Positions 10,294 to 18,359 of a stretch of DNA of 18,359 nt are shown here, piece after piece. The first letter of the stretch is position 1; every line of letters starts with the position of its first letter. The notes beneath the pieces are model-generated. The model was given only the letters and a program-made list of their open reading frames with translations. It was not told the DNA's origin and did not search any database. A program made the position numbers and the translations under genes. Source of the stretch: Tubiluchus corallicola (Eukaryota > Animalia > Priapulida); contig JAQGDQ010001996.1 of assembly GCA_030141605.1 (NCBI GenBank), positions 1 to 18,359 on the forward strand. Direction: 5' to 3'.

Positions 10294-10833
10294 ATGTAAT
10301 GTTTGTGAGCACACCTTTACGTGTTTTTTAAAAACTGTCTAAAAAATGTAATGTTTGTGAGCACACTTTTACGTGTTTTTTGAAAATTGTCTGAAAAATG
10401 TAAGGTTTGCGAGTACACCTTTACGTGTTTTTTGAAAATTGTCTGAAAAATGTAACGTTTGTGAGCACACCTTTACGTGTTTTTTGAAAATTGTCTGAAA
10501 AATGTAACGTTTGTGAGCACACCTTTACGTGTTTTTTGAAAATTGTCTGAAAAATGTAACGTTTGTGAGCACACCTTTACGTGTTTTTTGAAAATTCTCA
10601 GAGAAATGTAACGTTTGTGAGCACAACTTTACGTGTTTTTTGAAAATTGTCTGAAAAATGTAACGTTTGTGAGCACACCTTTACGTGTTTTTTGAAAATT
10701 GTCTGAAAAATGTAACGTTTGTGAGCACAACTTTACGTGTTTTTTGAAAATTGTCTGAAAAATGTAATGTTTGTGAGCACACCTTTACGTGTTCTTTGAA
10801 AATTGTCTGAAAAACGTAACGTTTGTGAGCACA
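10294..10833. repeat. Minisatellite, ~10.4 copies of a 52-bp unit
   Basis: ATGTAACGTTTGTGAGCACACCTTTACGTGTTTTTTGAAAATTGTCTGAAAA at 52-bp spacing from 10294 to a partial copy at 10814. Confidence 0.97.
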
Positions 10834-10843
10834 TCATTACATA

Positions 10844-10913
10844 TCTCTCTCTGTGTCTCTCTCTCTTTCTCTCGCGCTCTCTTACCTCCCCGTCTTTCTG
10901 CCTCCTTCTTTCC

Positions 10914-10994
<81 letters not shown>

Positions 10995-10996
10995 TT

Positions 10997-11041
<45 letters not shown>

Positions 11042-11044
11042 TTC

Positions 11045-11080
<36 letters not shown>
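10844..11080. repeat. (CT)n imperfect microsatellite followed by (AT)n
   Basis: Directly visible; CT block to ~11045, AT block ~11048-11080. Confidence 0.97.
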
Positions 11081-11085
<5 letters not shown>

Positions 11086-11256
11086 AATATGCAACATTGT
11101 TTAAATTATTATCAATTGCATGGATTAATTGTTGCGGAATACGTACATTCGACCTGCTACCGGTGCAATGAGGTTTTGTCTCTAGTTAATGTCTTTTTAT
11201 GAATTAATATCTTTGTTTTTGTACGTTTTTTTATTCTGTTTTTGCCATTGTTTTTA

Positions 11257-11838
<582 letters not shown>

Positions 11839-11959
11839 TTAGCAGAGTGCCACGTACACACTAGTAATGTTTACGTTTTAATTCTGTTGTGTAAGTCAAT
11901 TCTTTTGTTCTGATGACAATGGAATGAACAAAATTAACATTACTGGACGTGTTGGTACT

Positions 11960-12030
11960 CGTGGCGGTGACGGTGGCGGTGGCGGTGGTGGTGATGATGA
12001 GGTGATGATAATGATGATGACGATGATAAT
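11960..12030. repeat. Degenerate trinucleotide repeat (GGT/GGC grading into GAT)
   Basis: GTGGCGGTGACGGTGGCGGTGGCGGTGGTGGTGATGATGAGGTGATGATAATGATGATG. Confidence 0.85.
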
Positions 12031-12510
12031 CGTGTACACGAATAACGATGATCAGTGGGGAATTCGAACGTCGCAATGTATCGACATGATTTTCTTTCAT
12101 TCTCACATCTCTGCTGTATTTTTTCACAAAACAAACTGACATCTTTATGACCATTTTAAATTCCAGGCTGCAAAACATTATTTAATGGAATTCCATTATT
12201 TTCGTAATAACATTAAAATGTAAATTAATGTTGTCTTCCCACCCACGTTTGTAATCCATAAAATTAAACGCTTAACGATCAAATTTGGTTAAAAAAATCA
12301 TGTAGTTTTTATTTACAATTGTGAGCAATTACAATAACGTTTTAAAAGTTGTTTTATACCAAATGTACTTTTTAATTATCAGTAAGTTCATTACACTGTG
12401 AGATGTTATAATAATGGATTTTAATAAGATTGATGTTAACGTAAATTAATGTCTTTTAAATTTAATTTTAACTTCAGTTAGGTAAAGTCGTTTTAATGCA
12501 AGTTCATTGT

Positions 12511-12790
12511 AATGACAATAACAATAACAATAACAATAGTAATAGTAATACTGATAGTGATAGTGATAGTGACAATGACAATGACAATGACAATGACAAT
12601 GACAATGACAATGACAAAGACAATGACAATGACACACACACACAATGACAATGACAATAACAATAACAGTAACAATAGTAATGATAATGATAATAACTAT
12701 AACAATAGTAATAGTAAAACTGATAGTGATAGTGATACTGATACTGATACTGATAATGATAATGATAATGATAATGATAATGATAATGAT

Positions 12791-12884
<94 letters not shown>
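12511..12884. repeat. Compound tri/hexanucleotide microsatellite (ATGACA, ATAACA, ATAGTG, ATACTG, ATAATG, AAT)
   Basis: Directly visible; ends in a pure (AAT)n run at ~12793-12884. Confidence 0.97.
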
Positions 12885-12887
<3 letters not shown>

Positions 12888-12899
12888 TTAATTTAATAA

Positions 12900-13080
12900 A
12901 ACAGTTCTTAAAATTAACAGCAATTACGAACGGAACCATACTGAATATGTGATTTGTCTACTTTCTATCCACAAGTAATTCATTATTATATAGGGCGCTT
13001 CAAAAGTCCCTCATCACTTTTAGAACAGTCATTAAAAATTAACAGCAATTACGAATAGAACTGTTTTGAATATGTGATTT
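12900..13080. repeat. Diverged ~57-bp direct repeat (12900-12955, 13024-13080)
   Basis: Shared AAAATTAACAGCAATTACGAA and TGAATATGTGATTT at the same spacing in both copies. Confidence 0.85.
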
Positions 13081-13646
13081 ATGAGAATTTTAATGGCATC
13101 AAACTTAGTTCCATTAGTCTACTCAGACGAGTTTAATTTATACCTGTGTACCCCCCCCCCTCTTTCCTGCACGATAGTGGTAGTGCAATATTAGTAGACT
13201 CAAAATAATACTCTCAATTACTGTTTTCAGGTGATGAGTGTGATTGATCGATTAGCTGTAAAAAAATTGAAAATAAAATTATTATATATATTATAATATA
13301 TATTAGTGAGTGACTTACGAAACACCTTGTATTAGCAATGTAATTAGGCGCACAGTGTAAACAATGCAGCAGCTTGCACGGTTGTAGCAAGAATACTAAT
13401 ATTTGTTATCCGCGAGCATTAAAGCGCGGATTTAGGAAAATCCCTGCGCTAAAATTTCAAACTAGTCACGACCATCGTACATCCTGGTTCGTCACGCTTG
13501 ATCGTGACAAATCTACAAGCACCGACACGTGTTAGCCACACTCGACCAGATATATTCAGATGTAAATAGGGTCACGGCCTTACGCTTCCTGATTGCGATC
13601 TGAATCCATGTAGTATTGTCTTTTTTAAACACATATTTCCAAGTTT

Positions 13647-13703
<57 letters not shown>
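13647..13703. repeat. (AT)n microsatellite
   Basis: Directly visible. Confidence 0.97.
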
Positions 13704-13705
<2 letters not shown>

Positions 13706-14021
13706 CTGTTTTCAATGTTTTTCTGCATTTATTTTAGCATTTTTCGTAGTCCTGTGCGCATGCGTGCAATAAACAGTCGTGTACAAAAAATAGTTTTAAG
13801 CTAAGGGGTGGCGAACAGTACGTTCTTCTCAATATTAATCTGTTATAATTATTAGTTATCAAATTGTGGTAGTTATATGCTTACATCAAAATGTTGTTTG
13901 GATTTCTAATTTTATAAGCCTATGTAATTCTCGTTTTAAATTTGAAACGTGAGGTCTTCTAAATGTTGATCAGTCTCTCTCTCGCGCCAAGGTAACATTT
14001 TTTTGCTTTATGCGAACATAC

Positions 14022-14397
<376 letters not shown>

Positions 14398-14621
14398 AAG
14401 ACAGTAAGACATTTGTGTAAGACAGTGAATAAGTGTCTGAAAATCCGCACTTTGCATAGTAATTGAATATAGGATGTTTTGCAATCATCATCTTGTGCAT
14501 TAGACAAACAAATTCAATTTCTTCAAGCCTCTGGTTATGACTACGCTGATCGCTGTGAACTTTACGACAGATAATCCTCTAATCTCATTTGCACATATTA
14601 ATGAGATGATATGTTTTCCGC

Positions 14622-14958
14622 TTGCGTCATGTGAGGATATGGGGAATTAAGTATGCAAGTAGGTACACAACTAATTGTCACTGTTCCTGATATAGCCATG
14701 ATTCTATTAGCTTAACCTTAAACAAGTAGTAAGATATAAGCTTTTCTTTCACACGTTTCACCTCCTTGCAAGTCTGAATGATGTATTCGATCTTGGAACC
14801 CAAGCTGCCGAAACAAGGCGTGACCAGAAGCTAAACGTATTACAACTATTAATGACAATTATCTCATATGACATCACGCGTTTAAGCAGAAACACTTACG
14901 TGCTTGACGTGCACGGAAGATGCCTGTCATTGCATCTGTGGTTAGTTTGTGACGTAAG
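14622..14958. promoter_or_regulatory. Cluster of CRE/bZIP-like sites, candidate enhancer
   Basis: TTGCGTCA 14622, TGACATCA 14869, TTACGT 14896, TGACGT 14905 and TGACGTAA 14950 in unique sequence. Confidence 0.3.
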
Positions 14959-15567
14959 CAATAGCTGCGTTCGGTTGCCGTTAATTAACTTTGAAAGGTA
15001 ATCATTCAAATATAAGAAACAATTGCTAACTTTTATAGGCAAGAAAATGGATACTTTGGACAGTAAATTAAAATGAGATTGAGTCTAAACAATCGTCCAG
15101 TTTTCGTTTAATGATACTCTGATTGTTGTTAATACAATAATAAACTAAACAAGTATATTGTGAGTCGTTTTAATATTTAACACACGCATTTTACCACATA
15201 GCAACGAACATTTTAAACTGTAGATAATTATTTAACGCATTTCATTGTACATTTTATTATACTTATTATTATATCATATTATTATATTATAGCTTTTATT
15301 ATATAAAAAAATTTCTGAATTTCTTTACATTGTGACATAAAATTTTTCCATTCAGACACTGAAGCTGGACAAATTGACGAGCGACGAACAGGTGAACAGA
15401 TAAACGCAAACTGACAGTGCCAAGCACCCCTCTCGCGACATGACTTTATACCGCTGGCGTAAGGAAAAATGCTTAAAGTTGGAAAAATACATTGGGTTGT
15501 AAACGAAAATAATCTTAATGAATAACGAATTAATCGATAGTGACACATCGTAATTATAAATAAGTCT

Positions 15568-16024
15568 GCATACACACGCATACAAACACGTGTACAAACA
15601 CGCATACAAACACGTGTACAAACACGCGTACAAACACGCGTACAAACACGCGTACAAACACGCATACAAACACACGCATACAAACACAAGCATACAAACG
15701 CACTCATACAAACACGCATACAAACATGCATACACACGCATACAAACACACGCATACAAACACGCATACAAACACGCATACAAACAGGCATACAAACACA
15801 TGCATACAAATGCGCATACAAACACGCATACAAACACGCATACACACGCATACAAACACACGCATACAAACACGCGCATACAAACGCGCATACAAACAGG
15901 CATACAAACACACGCATTTAAACACGCACATACAAATGCAAACCCATGCGTGCGTAAACACACACGTATGCGTATACGCAACTACGCATAAGACTATACA
16001 ATTACACAGATACATATAAACACG
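15568..16024 (+). repeat. Left inverted-repeat arm: 10-14-bp minisatellite (CACGCATACAAA) plus a unique inner domain
   Basis: Tandem units to ~15915, then TTTAAACACGCACATACAAATGCAAACCCATGCG...CAGATACATATAAACACG. Confidence 0.96.
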
Positions 16025-17245
16025 AAAGCAAAAGATATTCAACATTTATAGGTTGATAAAGAAGCAGATAATCATCAATTATGCTGTCATAATCATGAGA
16101 GGTGAGTGATTGTGACGAAATTTTGGTCTAAGGACTTCAAACAAAATATGTAAATTGTTTAAACTCTACGGAGATCGTTACCTGATTAATTGTTAATAGG
16201 CAGTCTAGTGATTGCTGGATCTAACCTCAGTGTCCAATCACCAAACTTAAATTAACGCAAAACAGTATCAGATTACTATAAAGAAATCAATACTTTTGTA
16301 GGCTTATTGAAATTAAAGCTGCGTTCACATCATGAAATCTAAAAGATGTAAATGACAGGGAAATTTGTTGTATGATAGCAAAATAAAGCTTTAACACTGA
16401 CAAAACGGTTTCTAATCAGAATTACAATTTATGAACAATACACAGGGTGTGCACAAAGTAAAGCCCCACTCCCAGGGTAATGAAGGGATAGTAAGAAGCC
16501 AGGTTAGTGGGAGGGGCCCCAGATCAGCAGGAGGTGTCTTTTTACTAACAAGTTCCAAACTTCACTTCAAGAAGTTAATGATCGACGTGTGGCAAACAGT
16601 TAATGTTCCTCTAGATACTAGAAAATGTAGCAATGATACGTCTTACCGGCAACTTCGGTTCTGCACAGAATAAGTCTGACTCTGTATACATCAACACTAT
16701 GGCAAATGACTGTCTGTCTCATACCAAAATATGCACGCTAGATTGACGTATATGGGATAGCTGACTTTGACAGGGGGTCTAGTCTACCAACATCACCAGC
16801 TACAGCTACACCAAGCTAACCATCTCCGGCTCCACAATCACTTTCATGTTGTTACCAACATTTATTCGCTGCTTTTTATTAACATGGCTGCTTTTAACAT
16901 CCAAAGGTAAGCAGCTCTCTACCTGAACTAACTTTTCTAGGTCACTGTTCTGGCTTCCACTCACTATACATGTACACTGTCAATGTGTATCTGTATGGCA
17001 TATCTAAAATTACATCTCCATGCAAATGTGCAAAACAAGTGAAGTTTATACGAGGAAACATATATCTTGGTTTCAACATATTGAATATTCATTCATGATG
17101 ATCATCCATTCTGTAATTCAATCACTAACAGGAAGTTAGTTGGTACAAAGGAAAATAAAGGTTTGGGCTACCCCCCCCCCCACGACTAAATTAAACATGG
17201 ATCTGCCTTCACTCAGCTTAAATAAAAACTCAGGATAAGAAAGTA

Positions 17246-17262
17246 ACTGCCATCTAGTGGCA
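17246..17262 (-). promoter_or_regulatory. CTCF-like binding motif
   Basis: Minus strand TGCCACTAGATGGCAGT fits the CTCF core CCASYAGRKGGCR. It is an isolated GC-rich word in A-rich sequence. Confidence 0.5.
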
Positions 17263-17398
17263 AAACAAGTCAAAAACCAAACAACAAAAATTAATCAATG
17301 TAAATAAGTAACAGCAGACATATCATATCCAAAATGTTACAATGATATTAATTATCAAAAAAGTAGTTAAAAATTAAAGAACTAAGATACAGAATATA

Positions 17399-17470
17399 TC
17401 GCTTTATACCGGAGCCAAAGAATGAAAAACTAAGTCGCTTTATACCAAAGCCAAAGAATGAAAAACTAAG
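17399..17470. repeat. Tandem duplication, 2 x 36 bp
   Basis: TCGCTTTATACC(GG/AA)AGCCAAAGAATGAAAAACTAAG twice, with 2 mismatches. Confidence 0.93.
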
Positions 17471-17855
17471 TTTAATTTTTTTTAAATGGTGAGTGAATCT
17501 TTGGCAGAACATTTTCTGCATAGTACGTTACGGCTACGGCAATGTGACTGTACTAACGGATATTTGTGGTAATTTTAACAAGCTGACGAGCTAGCTTTGT
17601 TCAATTATTGCATTTTTATGATGCTGGATTCTTGCAAGGTTTCTAAGGGGATTAGGATGACAGTGATTAAGCGGTAGTTTAAAAATCAACATCACCGTTT
17701 CTTGAGACTGACTTCATGATGAAGGACGGTAAAAGACACGCGTACTTGCACAAATCAGAAGAAAAAAATGGCTAGGAATATAAATAAAAAGCCATCAGTA
17801 ATTGTAATTTCTTAACACAGTTTTACTATCTGTACAGGTGTACATATAATGCATA

Positions 17856-18359
17856 CGTGTTTATATGTATCTGTGTAATTGTATAGTCTTATGCGTAGTT
17901 GCGTATACGCATACGTGTGTGTTTACGCACGCATGGGTTTGCATTTGTATGTGCGTGTTTAAATGCGTGTGTTTGTATGCCTGTTTGTATGCGCGTTTGT
18001 ATGCGTGTGTTTGTATGCGTGTGTTTGTATGCGTGTGTATGTGTGTTTGTATGCGTGTTTGTATGCGCATTTGTATGCGCGTGTTTGTATGCGCATTTGT
18101 ATGCATGTGTTTGTATGCCTGTTTGTATGCGTGTTTGTATGCGTGTTTGTATGCGTGTGTTTGTATGCGTGTGTATGCATGTTTATATGCGTGTTTGTAT
18201 GAGTGCGTTTGTATGCTTGTGTTTGTATGCGTGTGTTTGTATCAGCGTGTTTGTACGCGTGTTTGTACGCGTGTTTGTACGCGTGTTTGTACACGTGTTT
18301 GTATGCGTGTTTGTACACGTGTTTGTATGCGTGTTTGTACACGTGTTTGTATGCGTGTT
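17856..18359 (-). repeat. Right inverted-repeat arm (truncated by window end)
   Basis: CGTGTTTATATGTATCTGTG...TTTAAATGCG then (TTTGTATGCGTG)n; reverse complement of the left arm with a few extra units. Confidence 0.96.

Larger units (their letters stand above)
15568..18359. mobile_element. Foldback-like element (long modular inverted repeats around a 1831-bp spacer); right end outside the window
   Basis: 15568-16024 is the near-exact reverse complement of 17856-18359, including the order of variant repeat units and a ~110-bp non-tandem inner part. Spacer is 16025-17855. True termini and TSD are not visible. Confidence 0.7.

Noticed and set aside
10080-10331. C-terminal part of the 122-aa ORF as a membrane protein
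   Set aside because: It lies after a splice donor. The F/L/S richness reflects T-rich intron sequence and it runs into the 52-bp array.
13116-13200. AGTCTACT...AGTAGACT inverted pair as a tiny MITE
   Set aside because: Only 8 bp, with no TSD or recognisable superfamily termini.
13755-13766. NRF1/Ewg-like motif TGCGCATGCGT
   Set aside because: Single imperfect site with no supporting promoter context.
15282-18342. Cys/Val-rich and YKHA-repeat ORFs in both arms
   Set aside because: Translations of the 12-bp minisatellite, mirrored because the arms are inverted repeats.

Overview
This is AT-rich eukaryotic DNA dominated by repeats. It is most likely from an invertebrate bilaterian, inferred from an invertebrate-type 5S fragment, a CTCF-like motif and spliceosomal signals; there are no prokaryotic features. 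From left to right it holds: (1) a 17x55-bp minisatellite; (2) a minus-strand, 5'-truncated SINE-like element with a 5S rRNA head, a GC-rich body and a CAA-type tail; (3) a decayed non-LTR retrotransposon, with an SGNH-esterase-like ORF1 piece almost abutting the CCHC-bearing ORF2 C-terminus, whose putative 3' UTR holds a 29x74-bp array; (4) a 2.2-kb compound tetranucleotide microsatellite with higher-order duplication; (5) a 22-bp array; (6) a probable first coding exon of a secreted protein (Kozak ATG, signal peptide, phase-0 GT donor) behind a CRE/TATA-like promoter; (7) a long repeat-laden intron-like stretch; and (8) a foldback-like structure with near-identical modular inverted arms around a 1.83-kb spacer, cut off by the window end. 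Nearly all ORFs in the supplied track are artefacts of microsatellites. All family assignments come from motif recognition, not database searches. I cannot demonstrate a wholly new system. The best leads are the foldback element, the 5S-headed SINE and the secreted-peptide exon.
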